DNA of 64,000 bases from Anaerolineae bacterium (lineage in GTDB: Bacteria; Chloroflexota; Anaerolineae; SpSt-600), in the NCBI GenBank assembly GCA_025062375.1, contig JANXAG010000002.1, forward strand, positions 2,101 through 66,100. The letters are read 5' to 3'. Under the pieces are notes generated by a model. It did no database searches. It worked only from the letters and a program-made list of their open reading frames with translations, and had not been told where the DNA came from. Below are positions 18,731 through 30,603 of this stretch, piece after piece; position 1 is the first letter of the stretch, and each line of letters starts with the position of its first letter. Position numbers and translations under genes: made by a program.

Positions 18731-19912
18731 ATGATTTTTAAGGCACGCCCAGAAGATTTTATAGTGAGGGAAATCCTTAAAGTTATTCCCCAACCTTCTG
18801 GCCCTTACGCTCTTTACCAGCTCACTAAAAAGGGAATTTCCACCCTCCAGGCTCATGCTCGCCTGGCTTCAGCCCTGAAGGTAAGACCATCAGTCATAGT
18901 CTTTCCAGGATTGAAGGACAGAAAGGCCATAGCAAGCCAGTATTTCTCTCTGAAAGGAAAAGGGCCTGATGAGATAGATGGACCTGGATTTAAAGCAAAG
19001 CTGGTGGGCTTTTTCCACCGCCCTCTGAGCCCGGAGGACCTTCAGGCCAATGAGTTCACTTTAACTTTGAGGCTTATAACGCCCAGCGCTGCCAAAGCCT
19101 TAGAAGAGGCCATCTCCGCCGTTCAGAAAGATGGTCTTCCCAATTACTTTGACCGCCAGCGCTTTGCCTCAATGAGTTCTGAAGGAGAATTTCCGGGCAA
19201 GAAAATCCTACAGCGGGATGCTGAGGGTGTGCTTAAATTTTATTTAACGATTCCCACCCCTCTGGACCCTCCCTCGTACAGGGCCTTCAAGGACAAAGCC
19301 GGAAAGCTTTGGGGCCAATGGGAAGAGTTACTAAAGGAAGCCCCCTCTCCCTCTAACTTCCGGAGCGTTCTCACTTACCTTAAAGACCACCCCACAGGTT
19401 TTCGAAAAGCCCTGAATTTAGTTACCCCCAGGATTCTGACCCTTTTCCTTTCTTCTTACCAAAGCTGGCTCTGGAATAAAATGGCGGGAAGGCTGGTCCG
19501 GAGAAAACTTGAGGATAAAAGAGTTCCTTTTTCAGAGCTGGAGATTGCCGGAGAAAAGCTCCCCTTCTATGCGTACCTTCCGAGAGAACTGAAGGAAGAA
19601 CTTGAAGGAATAATCTTACCTTTCTTCCACCACAAGGCGAATTTTAACGGGCCAGAGCTTTCACATCTGGCGCAGGAAATCCTGAAGGAAGAAGGCCTGG
19701 AGTTAAGGGATTTTAAAGCGCGGATCCTCAATAAGGCTTATCTAAGCCGGGGTAAGAGGAAGCTTATCCTTTTACCCAGCATCCTGGCCCACAGCATTGA
19801 AAGCGACGAATTGAATCCAGGTTACATAAAGCTGGGGCTTAAGATGCTTCTCCCTCCTGGTTCTTATGCTACTCTGGTGGTAAAAGCGATAGCCCTCAAG
19901 CTTCCAGGTTAA
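18731..19912 (+). CDS. truD: tRNA pseudouridine(13) synthase TruD family
   Basis: N-terminal ARPEDFIVREI and the catalytic-Asp motif FPGLKDRKA match the TruD family. Confidence 0.65.
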   Translation: MIFKARPEDFIVREILKVIPQPSGPYALYQLTKKGISTLQAHARLASALKVRPSVIVFPGLKDRKAIASQYFSLKGKGPDEIDGPGFKAKLVGFFHRPLSPEDLQANEFTLTLRLITPSAAKALEEAISAVQKDGLPNYFDRQRFASMSSEGEFPGKKILQRDAEGVLKFYLTIPTPLDPPSYRAFKDKAGKLWGQWEELLKEAPSPSNFRSVLTYLKDHPTGFRKALNLVTPRILTLFLSSYQSWLWNKMAGRLVRRKLEDKRVPFSELEIAGEKLPFYAYLPRELKEELEGIILPFFHHKANFNGPELSHLAQEILKEEGLELRDFKARILNKAYLSRGKRKLILLPSILAHSIESDELNPGYIKLGLKMLLPPGSYATLVVKAIALKLPG

Positions 19913-20421
19913 TACTGAATCAATACATGGATTGGGTATTTGGTGAGCTTTTCCCTGCCTTTGAGGTAAGTCAGGTCAACAAGGAGGGCTATTCCCACCA
20001 CTTCACCTCCAAGCCTTTCCACCAGCTTGGCAGTGGCTTCCAGGGTTCCTCCAGTAGCCAGGACATCGTCAAAGATGAGGACCTTTTGCCCAGGCTTTAT
20101 AGCGTCTTTGTGGATTTCCACGGCATCGGTTCCATATTCCAGGGCATATTCCTGCCTAATAGTCTCAGCGGGAAGCTTGCCGGGTTTCCTGGCGGGAACG
20201 AATCCTGCCCCAAGTTTGTAGGCCAGGGCCCCGCCGAAAATAAAGCCCCGGGCTTCAACGCTTACAACAAGGTCTATGCCTTTGTCCATGAAGGGCTCGG
20301 CCAGCCGATCCACTGCTTCCCGGAATGCTTCGGGAACTTTGAGAAGGGTGGTTATATCCCTGAAGATAACGCCCGGTTTAGGCCAATCCGGGATATTCCG
20401 AATATACTGGGCAAGGTCCAT
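19909..20421 (-). CDS. apt: adenine phosphoribosyltransferase
   Basis: 170 aa with IRNIPDWPKPGVIFRDIT and the PRPP-binding VLIFDDVLATGGT motif. Confidence 0.85.
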   Translation of the reverse strand: MDLAQYIRNIPDWPKPGVIFRDITTLLKVPEAFREAVDRLAEPFMDKGIDLVVSVEARGFIFGGALAYKLGAGFVPARKPGKLPAETIRQEYALEYGTDAVEIHKDAIKPGQKVLIFDDVLATGGTLEATAKLVERLGGEVVGIALLVDLTYLKGREKLTKYPIHVLIQY

Positions 20422-20479
20422 TTCCCCCCTCCTGGAGAGATTTTCAAATCAGATTTCATTTTAACAAAGGAGGCCAAAA

Positions 20480-21715
20480 TTGGCAACCAAGCTTTTAAAC
20501 TCTTTACACTGGCTTTTAATTTTTACATTGCTCACTGCAGGGTGCCTGCATCAATATACTTTTACTCCAATTCCCACCGCTACCTGCCCACCAACCCCCC
20601 TCCCTTCGCCTTCGCCTGAGGCCACCCCGCCTCAGGAGATAAGCCTCGTGGTATGGCTTCCTGATGAGCTTTTCCTTAAAGGTAAGCCAGGTAGAAAAGC
20701 CCTGGAGGAGGAGATTGAAGCCTTTGAGCGAAACCACCCCCTGGTTGAAGTCAAAGTTTACATTAAAAAGGCCAGAGGTGAAGGCGGAATCCTCGCTCTG
20801 CTCCTGAGCGCCCGTGAAGTGGCTCCCTCAGTTTTGCCCGATCTTGTGGTCCTGGACGCAGCGGAGGCCGCCTGTGTGGACGGAGACTTTTTTCAGCCAT
20901 TGGGGGAAATCCCTGAGAGCCTTTTCCCCTTCGCCAGCTCAGGGTTTATTTACCTGGCCGCTGATTTAGACCATATGGTTTACAACACTGGCGTTGTAAC
21001 CTCGCCTCCTCTTAGCTGGGAGGAGATAAAGCGTGGAGGTGGCCTGCTTCTTCCTCCCTCAGGAGGGATGGTAGCGGCCCAGTATTTCACGATGGGCGGA
21101 CGCTTCCGAAATGAGAGGAGCGAGCTTATTTTGGAAGAAGAAATCCTGGCCAAGGTTCTCAAGCTCTGGAAAGAGAACATGGAGAAGGGGGCAATTCCCA
21201 CTCCCTCCCGTAAGCTTGAAGACCCCGAAGAGATGTGGAAGAAGTATCTTTACGGCAAAGTGGCCATGGTGGGGGTAAGGGCTTCGCTTTTCTTAGCTTC
21301 CAGGGAGAGACTTCACCAAACAGCTTTTGCTCCTCTGCCATCGGCGGCTCCAGTAGCCTGGGGATGGGTGGCAGGGGTTATCTCCAGGGAACACGAGCGG
21401 AAAAAGGCAGCGGAGGCGTTAGTAAAATGGCTCCTTCTTCCCGAGCGGAACCAGCGCTGGACTCTGGCCGCAAACCTTTTGCCTGTGCACCGAGAGGCTT
21501 ACGCTCAGGAGGAAGATGCCTACCTGCTTTTCCTCTCCAGACTGCTGGAATCAGCTTACCCTGCTCCTCCTTCCACGCTGCTAAAACTGCTGGAAGAGGC
21601 CCTCCGGAACGTTCTGGAGGGCAAAGCCACGCCGGAAGAGGCGGCGCATAAAGCAGCTAAGGCAATCCCCCAGCTTTACCCGGACGCTCTGGAGAAGAGG
21701 ACGAAGCGGTGGTGA
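20480..21715 (+). CDS. extracellular solute-binding lipoprotein (ABC family-1 type), orphan
   Basis: Signal peptide ending in the lipobox LLTAGC, a Pro/Thr-rich linker, then a solute-binding-protein-like fold. TTG start 6 nt after AAGGAGG. No permease or ATPase is adjacent. Confidence 0.65.
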   Translation: MATKLLNSLHWLLIFTLLTAGCLHQYTFTPIPTATCPPTPLPSPSPEATPPQEISLVVWLPDELFLKGKPGRKALEEEIEAFERNHPLVEVKVYIKKARGEGGILALLLSAREVAPSVLPDLVVLDAAEAACVDGDFFQPLGEIPESLFPFASSGFIYLAADLDHMVYNTGVVTSPPLSWEEIKRGGGLLLPPSGGMVAAQYFTMGGRFRNERSELILEEEILAKVLKLWKENMEKGAIPTPSRKLEDPEEMWKKYLYGKVAMVGVRASLFLASRERLHQTAFAPLPSAAPVAWGWVAGVISREHERKKAAEALVKWLLLPERNQRWTLAANLLPVHREAYAQEEDAYLLFLSRLLESAYPAPPSTLLKLLEEALRNVLEGKATPEEAAHKAAKAIPQLYPDALEKRTKRW

Positions 21716-22479
21716 GCCCAGAGAGCTTTCAAGGGGCGAGGCAGGATGGTTTCTAAGAAGGCGTAACGCACAACCCTGGCCTTCAGGGAAGGATCTTTGC
21801 CGGCATAATAATCCAGTATGTTCCAGTTCCACGCCGTGCCCGAGAACCGCTCCCGCAACCTTCGGGATTTTATTCCCAGTCTATCTAAAAGCTTCACTGC
21901 GGGCATGACAGTATCAGGCCAAGGAGGGGTGTCCAGGAAACCTTCCTCTGTAGGGCTGAACCCTTCGCTTTCCACCACTTTTTTCACCTTTTTCATGTCA
22001 ACCCAGCTCTCATCAACCTGTTTGAAGAATTCAGGTTCCAAAAAGCGCTTTCTTAAGATATAGCCAGGCTGGCGGGGATTGGGCATAGCTATAAAGAGGA
22101 TTTTATCCGATACTCTCGCGAGCTCCCGGAGGAAGTTTTCGGCGTCCTTCAAGTACCAGAGGCCAGCCCATTCCCAGACCATGTCAAAAGCTCTATCGGG
22201 GAAGGGTAGAGCTTTCATGCCAGGGCAGCACACCCACTGCGCCCTGAGCCCGAGCTCGCTCCATATCTTTGCCGCTTCCCGGATACGCCCTTCATCTTCA
22301 TCCACCACGGTGACGGAACATCCGGCACGGGCCAGCTCTATGCTATTTATCCCTGTTATGCCCGCCATACCGTAAGCAGGGGCCTCCAGAACCTTCCGGA
22401 TGGGATAGCGCTTAAGCAGGGAAAGCAAATAGTCGTTGAGGACGAATCGTTCGTATACCAGGCCAAGTCCTTCGTTCAT
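21676..22479 (-). CDS. class I SAM-dependent methyltransferase
   Basis: Motif I LEAPAYGMAGITGINSIELARAGCSVTVVD. The ATG at 22479 overlaps the phoU stop as ATGA. Confidence 0.65.
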   Translation of the reverse strand: MNEGLGLVYERFVLNDYLLSLLKRYPIRKVLEAPAYGMAGITGINSIELARAGCSVTVVDEDEGRIREAAKIWSELGLRAQWVCCPGMKALPFPDRAFDMVWEWAGLWYLKDAENFLRELARVSDKILFIAMPNPRQPGYILRKRFLEPEFFKQVDESWVDMKKVKKVVESEGFSPTEEGFLDTPPWPDTVMPAVKLLDRLGIKSRRLRERFSGTAWNWNILDYYAGKDPSLKARVVRYAFLETILPRPLKALWAHHRFVLFSRASG

Positions 22480-23180
22480 AGTTCGCCTTTTTCCTTCTGG
22501 GCCCAGCGGGTGCCTATGTCTTCCTGTAAGTCCAGCTCTCTCATTTCCCCTGTGACGGTAAATATTACTCTTTCGCAAATGTTGGTAACCCTGTCGGCAG
22601 CTCTTTCCAGGTTGTGGGCAGCCCACAGAAGGTAGTTGGCCTGTTCGAGGTTGGCGGGGTTGGAAATAACATAAGTCATAAGTTCCCGGTAGACTTGGTC
22701 ATAGAGGGCATCCATTTCATCGTCCTCTTTCGGTATAGCCTCGGCTTTTTCCACATCCCTCTGGACAAAGGCTTCCAGAGCCCTGTAGAGCATATCAGCT
22801 GCTTTCTGGGCCATGCGGGGGATATCGATCAAGGGTTTTATGAGGGGCTTATCGCCTATAAGGAGGTTAATTTTGGCAATGCCCTTGGCGTAATCGGCTA
22901 TACGCTCCAGCTCCGTTACTATCTCCAGGATAGCAGCCAGAAAGCGCAAATCGCTGGCCATGGGCTGCTGCGTGGCAATGACTACCAGGGTGTCCGTTTC
23001 TATAGCAAAGCGCTTCTCATTTATAGCTTGGTCCTGAGCTATTAATCGGCGTGAAGCTTCAAAATCCCGCCGCTTAAGGCTATCCACTGCCTCCAGGATG
23101 CTATTTCTCACCATTTCCCCCAAGGTTAATATTTCATTCTGGAGGCGCTCTATCGCACTATCCAGCGTTTCTCTTGGCAT
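22476..23180 (-). CDS. phoU: phosphate transport system regulatory protein PhoU
   Basis: 234 aa with two PhoU repeats and conserved E..D motifs. AGGAGGG ribosome-binding site. Confidence 0.85.
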   Translation of the reverse strand: MPRETLDSAIERLQNEILTLGEMVRNSILEAVDSLKRRDFEASRRLIAQDQAINEKRFAIETDTLVVIATQQPMASDLRFLAAILEIVTELERIADYAKGIAKINLLIGDKPLIKPLIDIPRMAQKAADMLYRALEAFVQRDVEKAEAIPKEDDEMDALYDQVYRELMTYVISNPANLEQANYLLWAAHNLERAADRVTNICERVIFTVTGEMRELDLQEDIGTRWAQKEKGEL

Positions 23181-23205
23181 TGCTCACCCTCCTGTTGAAC
23201 GCATA

Positions 23206-24018
23206 TTATCCGAACCTGCCGGTTATGTAATCTTCAGTCCGTTTGTCCTTGGGGTTTGTGAATATATCACGGGTCAGGCCATATTCCACCAGGCGGCCCA
23301 CGTGGTCGTCATCCCACATTATAAAAGCGGTGTAATGCGACACCCTTGCTGCCTGTTGCATGTTGTGAGTTACTATCACGATGGTGTAGTTGCTGGAAAG
23401 TTCCCACAAGAGCTCTTCTATTTTCAGGGTTGCTATGGGGTCCAGAGCCGAAGCTGGTTCATCCAGGAGAAGGACTTCAGAGCCCACCGCCAGGGCTCTG
23501 GCGATGCAGAGTCTCTGTTGCTGTCCTCCGGAGAGGGTGAGGGCATTGGCGTGGAGTTTGTCCTTTACCTCGTCCCAGAGGGCAGCCTGGCGGAGAGCTC
23601 TTTCCACTATTTCGTCTAAATTTTTCTTAATCCCTCGGATTCTAAGCCCCCACGCTACGTTTTCGTAAATGCTTTTAGGGAAAGGGTTGGGTTTCTGGAA
23701 AACCATCCCTATGCGCCGCCGGACTTCGGTCACATCAACATCAGGGGCATAGATATTCTGGCCGTTGAACAGGACTTGTCCCTCAACCCTCGCTCCAGGG
23801 ATGAGGTCATTCATACGGTTGAGGCATCGGATAAGGGTGCTTTTACCGCAGCCCGAAGGCCCGATTATCGCCGTGATGCTGTTCCGTTGAATATCAAGGT
23901 TTATATCCCCTAAAACCAGCCGCTCGCCATACCATACGTTCAAATTCCGGATTTTGATGATAGGGTCATCCGGAACGGGGGGCAGGTTTGAAAGGGTCAA
24001 AGTCCGAGGCTTGATCAT
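23206..24018 (-). CDS. pstB: phosphate ABC transporter ATP-binding protein
   Basis: Walker [10 protein letters not shown], signature [16 protein letters not shown], Walker [12 protein letters not shown]. The PstB-specific N-terminus is present. Confidence 0.9.
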   Translation of the reverse strand: MIKPRTLTLSNLPPVPDDPIIKIRNLNVWYGERLVLGDINLDIQRNSITAIIGPSGCGKSTLIRCLNRMNDLIPGARVEGQVLFNGQNIYAPDVDVTEVRRRIGMVFQKPNPFPKSIYENVAWGLRIRGIKKNLDEIVERALRQAALWDEVKDKLHANALTLSGGQQQRLCIARALAVGSEVLLLDEPASALDPIATLKIEELLWELSSNYTIVIVTHNMQQAARVSHYTAFIMWDDDHVGRLVEYGLTRDIFTNPKDKRTEDYITGRFG

Positions 24019-24029
24019 TTTCCCACCTC

Positions 24030-24893
24030 CTATTCAAAACGAATCTGGAACCGATTGCGCAAGTAAATGGCTGTAGCGTTCATGGTCAGGAGGAGAGCCA
24101 GAAGAACGATGATGGCAGCAGCCGCGTTATCGTGGAAGGCTTTCTGAGGCCTGGAAACCCAGTTGAAAATCTGTATGGGCAGGACGGTAAAAGGGCTATG
24201 GAGAGCTTTGAGAGATGGAGGGGGGAGGAATGCTATGTAGGTCAGAGCTCCTATGGTTATGAGCGGGGCGGTCTCTCCTATAGCCCTGGATAGAGCCAGG
24301 ATTGTTCCGGTGAGTATACCAGGCATCGCTGCAGGAATAACCTGATCCCTTACTACCTGCCACCTGGTGGCGCCCAGGGCGTAACCTGCTTCCCTTATGC
24401 TTCTGGGTACAGAGCGCAGGGCTTCTCTGGATGAGACGATTATGATGGGAAGGACCAGCAAGGATAGAGTAAGTGCGCCGGAAAGAAGGCTCCTACCCCC
24501 GGTTATATCTCGCATCAATCTTACAAAGATCTCAAGGCCCAGGAGGCCATATATTATGGATGGCACGCCGGCCAGGTTAGCTATGTTAACCTCAATGAAA
24601 CGGGTAAAGAAATTATCGGTGGCATATTCCTCCAGATAAACCCCTGCCGCCACCCCTATGGGGAAAGCGAAGAGGGCTACAAGGATCAGGAGCATCGCTG
24701 AGCCTACCAGGGCTGGCAGGATACCTGCTTCCTCCGGCTTGCGGGAGGGGTAGCTTGTTATGAATTTCCAGTTCAAACGGGGAAGGCCATCCACCAGAAC
24801 ATCGACCAAAAGGATGGCGAGCATAATGAGGCCTGCGATGGTGGAAATGAAAGCGACACTTTTGAAAATTCTTTCAACCCATCTTTCTTTCAT
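24030..24893 (-). CDS. pstA: phosphate ABC transporter permease PstA
   Basis: 6-TM permease carrying the EAA-like motif, placed between pstC and pstB. Confidence 0.85.
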   Translation of the reverse strand: MKERWVERIFKSVAFISTIAGLIMLAILLVDVLVDGLPRLNWKFITSYPSRKPEEAGILPALVGSAMLLILVALFAFPIGVAAGVYLEEYATDNFFTRFIEVNIANLAGVPSIIYGLLGLEIFVRLMRDITGGRSLLSGALTLSLLVLPIIIVSSREALRSVPRSIREAGYALGATRWQVVRDQVIPAAMPGILTGTILALSRAIGETAPLITIGALTYIAFLPPPSLKALHSPFTVLPIQIFNWVSRPQKAFHDNAAAAIIVLLALLLTMNATAIYLRNRFQIRFE

Positions 24894-25765
24894 AGCTTGA
24901 ACCTCCTCTGACGTGAGGCAAGCCAGTAACTTAGAAGGTTAAAGGTCAAATTCATAAGGAACAGAGTCATGCCCACGGCGAAAATGGTGCGAAACTCCAG
25001 GGAGCCAGTCGGAACGTCCCCCAGACTGACCTGAACGATGTAAGCGGTCATGGTCTCTATAGAAACCAGAGGGTTAAGGGTGAGCCTGGGGGTCTGTCCT
25101 GCCGCTATTGCAACAATCATAGTTTCTCCTAAGGCTCTTGAAACCCCAAGGATGAAGGAAGCCAATATTCCAGAGGAAGCGGTTGGAATCACTACCCCTG
25201 TTACTACCTGACGGGTGGTAGCTCCGAGCGCGTAGGCTCCTTCCCTAAGGGAGCGGGGAACAGCGTAGATGGCATCCTCACTGAGGGAAGCCACCGTCGG
25301 TAATATCATAAAACCCATCACAATGCCGGCGCTCAAGGCGTTGAATCCAGAGATGAAGGGGATTATTTTCTTGAGAAGGGGGGTTACAAAGAGAAGGGCG
25401 AAGTAGCCGTAAACCACGGTAGGGATCCCTGCCAGGATCTCAAGGGAGGGCTTGAGGATCCGACGAACCCTTTCGGGGGCATATTCGCTCATGTAGATGG
25501 CGGCCATCAGCCCCAGCGGGAGCGATACCATCATAGCTATGACGGTGGTGAGAAAAGTCCCGCTAATTAGCACTATTATCCCGAAATGCTTCCGAGCAAA
25601 GAGAGGGGTCCACTGGGTTTCCGTCAGGAAGCGGGTTATGGGCACTTCTTGAAAGAAGGCGAAGCTTTCAAACACGAGGACGGCGATTACTCCAAGAGTG
25701 GTGAAGATGGAAAAAGAGGCACAGAAGGCAAAGATTCCTTCAAGGAATTTTTCTCTGAGCCTCAA
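24890..25765 (-). CDS. pstC: phosphate ABC transporter permease PstC
   Basis: Permease whose start lies 4 nt after the mfd stop and overlaps pstA by 4 nt. Confidence 0.85.
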   Translation of the reverse strand: MRLREKFLEGIFAFCASFSIFTTLGVIAVLVFESFAFFQEVPITRFLTETQWTPLFARKHFGIIVLISGTFLTTVIAMMVSLPLGLMAAIYMSEYAPERVRRILKPSLEILAGIPTVVYGYFALLFVTPLLKKIIPFISGFNALSAGIVMGFMILPTVASLSEDAIYAVPRSLREGAYALGATTRQVVTGVVIPTASSGILASFILGVSRALGETMIVAIAAGQTPRLTLNPLVSIETMTAYIVQVSLGDVPTGSLEFRTIFAVGMTLFLMNLTFNLLSYWLASRQRRFKL

Positions 25766-25768
25766 TTT

Positions 25769-28700
25769 TTACCTCCCGAGCCTTTCCAGGGTCTTCTCCA
25801 AAAGCTTTTGCCATTCATTTCTTTTTCCCATGGGCAACCAGAGAGCTTTGCGGCCAATTCTTACCGGTGGGAAGAAGCGGCCAGGCCCACGGGAGACCAG
25901 GTCTCCAAGGCGCCTGCGCATCTCAGCCTCGTTGATGGTTCCATTAAGCCTGATGGCTATCTGGCCCTCTTCCACCCCTATGGACCTGACGCCAGCTTTG
26001 AGGGCGAGGACTTTTACCCTGAGCTGATATAAGAGGTAACGGACAGCCACCGGCAGCGGGCCGAAACGATCCTCCAACTCAGCTCTCATTTCTTCAATCT
26101 GCTCTAAAGTTTGAAGCTGAGCCATCCTCCTGTAAAGCTGAAGCCTGAGGAAAGGGTCCGGGACATAATCCTCGGGTATGTAGGAGGGCAGAGGCAGGTC
26201 AATGTTAACATCGGGGAGGGCTAAAAGGGAGGATTTTGCGGCTTCTTCTCCCTCCCTCAGCTCTTGGACAGCCCTGGCCAGAAGGCGGCAGTAAAGGTCA
26301 AAGCCTATAGCAGCGATGTGACCATGCTGACGGGGACCAAGGATCTCGCCTGCCCCTCTTATCTCCAGGTCCTTGAGGGCGATGCGTAAGCCGGCTCCCA
26401 GTTCGCCCGCTTCCATTATCGCCTCTAGGCGTTGCCGGGCGCTCTCTGAGAGAGGAGCCTCAGGATCATAGAGAAAGTAGGCATACGCCCTTACCGAACC
26501 TCTACCCACTCTTCCCCTGAGCTGGTAAAGTTGCGCAAGTCCGAAAGTGTCGGCTTTGTTCACGACGATGGTGTTGGCGTTGGGAATGTCCAGACCGCTT
26601 TCTATTATAGAAGTGCAAACCAGGATGTCAATTTTACCGGAGGCAAAATCCAGCATCACTCTGGCCAGCTTTTCCTCAGGAAGCTGACCATGAGCTATCT
26701 CTATCCGGGCATGGGGCACAAGTTTTTCACCTTTGCGGCTACTTCTTTTATATCCTGCACCCGGTTGTGGACGAAGAAAACCTGCCCTCCGCGGTTCAAT
26801 TCCCGAAGGATTGCCTGCCGCACCATGGTTTCATCGTATGGGCCTACATAGACTTTCACCGGAAGCCTCTCTTCCGGGGGGGTTTCTATGGTGCTCATAT
26901 CCCTCAGCCCTGATAGGGACATGTAAAGGGTGCGAGGTATGGGGGTAGCCGTGAGGGTAAGGACGTCCACCTGGGTTCTGAGCTTTTTGAAGTGCTCTTT
27001 GTGGACCACTCCAAAGCGCTGTTCTTCGTCTATAATGACCAGGCCCAGGTCCTTAAAGACCACGTCTTTCTGGAGCAGCCTGTGGGTTCCAATTATTATG
27101 TCAATGGCCCCCTGCTTGAGCTTTTCCAGGATTTCTTTCTGTTCTGAAGGGGAACGGAGGCGCGAGAGCATTTCTACCACAACGGGGAAAGGTTTCAGCC
27201 GCTCCTTGAAAGTTTCATAGTGCTGCTGGGCAAGGACGGTAGTGGGAACCAGAACCGCCACCTGCTTTCCATCCATGACGGCTTTGAAGGCAGCTCTCAG
27301 GGCTACTTCGGTCTTGCCGTAGCCTGCATCACCGCATATTAGCCTGTCCATGGGGCGAGGTTGTTCCATATCGCGCTTGACTTCTTCCACGGCCTTTAGC
27401 TGGTCGGGAGTTTCCTCATATGGGAAAGAGGCTTCCAGTTCAGCCTGCCAGGGGCTATCGGGGGAGAAGGCATGGCCAGTGACAACTTCTCTGGCGGTAT
27501 AGAGCTGAAGGAGTTCATGGGCGATCTCGCTTATAGCCCTTCGGGCCCTCTCTTTGGCGTATTCCCAATCAGCCGTGCCGAGGCGGTGCAGTGCCGGGGG
27601 CTCATCGCTTATGCTCACATAACGGCTGAGCTTGTCGGCTTGGTGGACTGGGACGTAGAGCCTGTCGCCGGCAGCGTACTCTATTTCCAGGTATTCTCTT
27701 TCCACTCCGTGGAGGGTAAGGTGCGTCAACCCCCGGAAAATGCCTATTCCGTGGTCAATGTGCACAACATAATCCCCAGGCTTTATATCCCCAAAGAAAG
27801 TTTCAGGGGCAGGCCGGTGAACTTTGATGGGACGCCTCGGGGCCGGTCTCGTCCATCCGAAAATTTCTGCATCCGTCAGAAGGACAGTGTGAGTTCCATC
27901 GGACTGGAGTATCCATCCTTCCGAGAGGATTCCCCTCACCAGGGTGATGGTTGAAGGCATGGGTGGGGTTTCCACTCCAGTGGCAGGCTCAGCCATTTTC
28001 CCTTTATTGGCCAGGATTTCAGCCAGCCGGTGGGCCTGACGCGTCACTATAACCACCCGGCTTCCGGCCCTTTCCATAGCTATGCTTTCGTCCAGAAGTC
28101 TCTCCAGTTGTCCAGCGTAAAGGGGAGCGTAGAGGAAGGCTCTGGCGATGGGGGTTTCTTCCTCGCTTCGGGTGATGATAAGGTTGGCCCGCCTTATCAC
28201 TTTCTCCTTTAATTTTTCACCGGGAAAATACGGGGAGGGCAATCCCTGAGGTATCTCGCCAGCCCTTATCAGTTCCTTTTCCACCTCGCTTGCCTGAAAG
28301 ACAAGGCTGTGGATGGCCGCTTCCAGCTCGGGAAGTTCTTCCGTTATGAGCAGGGCCTCCTGAGGCAGGAAATCAAAGAAGGAACCAGGTTCCGGATAAA
28401 GGAAGGGGATGTAGAACTCTATACCCCGGAAGGATTTCCCATGGCGGAGGTTTTCCATATCTTCCCGGAAGCGGTTCTGGGCCAAGGGGTGGCAGGAAGA
28501 AAAGTTTAGGGAGGAGAAAGCCTCTGCCGCTTGTGGGCCGAAGCCAGGCAATGCCTCGGAAGCGGGGGTAAGGGCGAAGCTTTCCACCTGGCCCGAAGAC
28601 CGCTGAGTTCCAGGGTCAAAGAGGCGTATGGTTTCGATTTCATCCCCGAAGTATTCTATTCGGACCGGGAGCTGCGAAGGCGGTGGGTAAATATCCAGGA

Positions 28701-29286
28701 TTCCACCCCTGTAGCCGAAAGTGCCGGGTTCATCCACAACCGTTTCGTGGCGGTAGCCAAGCTCTTCTAGGAGCCGCAGAAGTTTCTGAAGGGGGTATAC
28801 CTGTCCCACTCTTAAAGGGCGCGTTCTTGCGAGGAACTCCTTAAGGGGGATGGTCTTGTAAAGTAGGGAACGGATTGAAGCTATGATCAGAGGGGGGTTG
28901 AAGGGCAAGGAATTCCGGTATGGGGTGAGGTGAAGGGCGAGCCTGAAGAGAACCTCAACCCTTTGAGCAATGGTTTCCTTTCCCCAGGGTTCTCGCTCAT
29001 AGGGGAGTGCATCGGGCTCTTTAAACAGAAGGATTTCTTCCGGGGATTCTGCCCAGCTGCGGAGTTCTCCATAGTAGCGACGGGCCTTTTCCACCGAGGA
29101 AACCACCAGGACTATGGGGCGTTTGAGGTCTTTAAGAAGGGCCGCCAATACAAAAGGCCTGGCTGGTTCTGCCAGGTCTAAGGGGAAAGGTTTCCCTCTT
29201 TCCTCCCCAAGCTTTTCCACCAGCCATCTGTAAGCATGATGTTCCCGGAGGATGGGGAGAAGCCCTTTGAGGGTTAAAGCTTCCAT
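25769..29286 (-). pseudogene. mfd: transcription-repair coupling factor Mfd, split by a 1-nt frameshift near 26720 (authentic or sequencing error)
   Basis: The N-terminal ORF 26701..29286 ends at ...VHNRVQDIKEVAAKVKNLCPMPG*. The C-terminal ORF 25769..26719 begins at (V)PHARIEIAHGQL, which is the conserved Mfd continuation. The two frames differ by one nucleotide next to a T5 run on the + strand. Confidence 0.8.
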
Positions 29287-29301
29287 AGCAAAGCCTTACG
29301 C

Positions 29302-30603
29302 TCACCGCTCCTGGGATTTCCTAACTATAAGCCTTATACCATCTCTTTTCACTACTTCTATGCTTTCGCCCTTCAATATAGGAGGCTCCATTGCCTCAGC
29401 TGTCCATTCCTCGCTCTTTACCAGCACGGTCCCCATAGGGTTAAGGTCGGAAGTAGCCCACCCCTTTGCCCCTATAACTGTATCAAGGCCGGTGAGGGCT
29501 TTCCTGCGTTGTGCTCTCCACACGGCGGAAAGGGCGAAAAGGAAAAAGGCCAAAAAGCCAGTAGTCATCAGAGCTATGAGCCACCAGGATACCCTGACAG
29601 AAGGCATCGCCGGGGAAACCGTGGGCCATGGGCTGAAAAGCATGAGGGAACCCAGGACAAAGGCGATTGCTCCGCCAATACTTAAGGCAAATCCCGTCAC
29701 TTTAAGGTCCACAAGGAAAAGGATTATGGCCAGGATTATGAGGGCGATTCCTCCCCAGTTAACCGGAAGGCTCCCCAGGGCGACAAAGGCCAGTATGAGA
29801 CAGATTATCCCTGTAATCCCGGGGATGAAAGTTCCGGGGTTGTAGAATTCAGCCATCAGAGCCAGAATCCCCAGGGATAAAAGGATGTAAGCCACGTCCG
29901 GATTGACAAGGGAGTGGAGTAAATCGTCGGTCCAGCTCATCCTCACTCTTTCTATAGGAGCTCCTGCAGTAGCGATGGAAACTTCCCTATCTTTAACCTT
30001 TACCTTTCTCCCGTCTATGAGGCGGAGGAGCTCTGGCAGGTCTGCGGCGATTAAATCAACCACCTTTTTCTCCAGGGCCTCCTGTGCCGTTAAGGAGGCG
30101 CTTTCTCTGACGGCTTGTTCAGCCCATTCGGCGTTGCGGCCTCTTTCCTGAGCTATAGCCCTTATGTAGGCGGCAGCATCCTGAGTTATTTTGGTTTCCA
30201 GAGTTCCTGTCAAAGGCTCCATTAAACCTACTGGATGGGCTGCCCCTATATTGGTTCCCGGCGCCATTGCTGCTACGTGGGCAGCCATAGTTATGAAGAG
30301 CCCGGCCGAAGCCGCTCTGGCTCCCGGTGGAGAAACGTAAACCACCACCGGTACTTCTGAGTTCATTATGGTTTGCACGATTTCCCTCATGGCGGTATCG
30401 GTGCCGCCAGGGGTATCCAGTTCTATGATAAGGCAATTAGCTCCTTCTCTTGTGGCTGCCTCCACCGCCTGCCGAACGTAACGGGCCACAAAGGGGTCAA
30501 TTATCCCCTTTACATTAGCTACGTAAACCTTCTGGCCTGCCGCTTCAACTGGTACCAGGCTCAGAAGGGCCAGTATCAGGGCCAGAATAAGAAGCCTTGC
30601 TTT
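29302..30603 (-). CDS. NfeD-family membrane-bound ClpP-class serine protease
   Basis: Signal/[17 protein letters not shown], then a ClpP-like domain ([10 protein letters not shown]...[18 protein letters not shown]), C-terminal TM helices, and an OB-fold tail. The start region overlaps the lon 3' end by about 60 nt. Confidence 0.75.
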   Translation of the reverse strand, partial: KARLLILALILALLSLVPVEAAGQKVYVANVKGIIDPFVARYVRQAVEAATREGANCLIIELDTPGGTDTAMREIVQTIMNSEVPVVVYVSPPGARAASAGLFITMAAHVAAMAPGTNIGAAHPVGLMEPLTGTLETKITQDAAAYIRAIAQERGRNAEWAEQAVRESASLTAQEALEKKVVDLIAADLPELLRLIDGRKVKVKDREVSIATAGAPIERVRMSWTDDLLHSLVNPDVAYILLSLGILALMAEFYNPGTFIPGITGIICLILAFVALGSLPVNWGGIALIILAIILFLVDLKVTGFALSIGGAIAFVLGSLMLFSPWPTVSPAMPSVRVSWWLIALMTTGFLAFFLFALSAVWRAQRRKALTGLDTVIGAKGWATSDLNPMGTVLVKSEEWTAEAMEPPILKGESIEVVKRDGIRLIVRKSQER

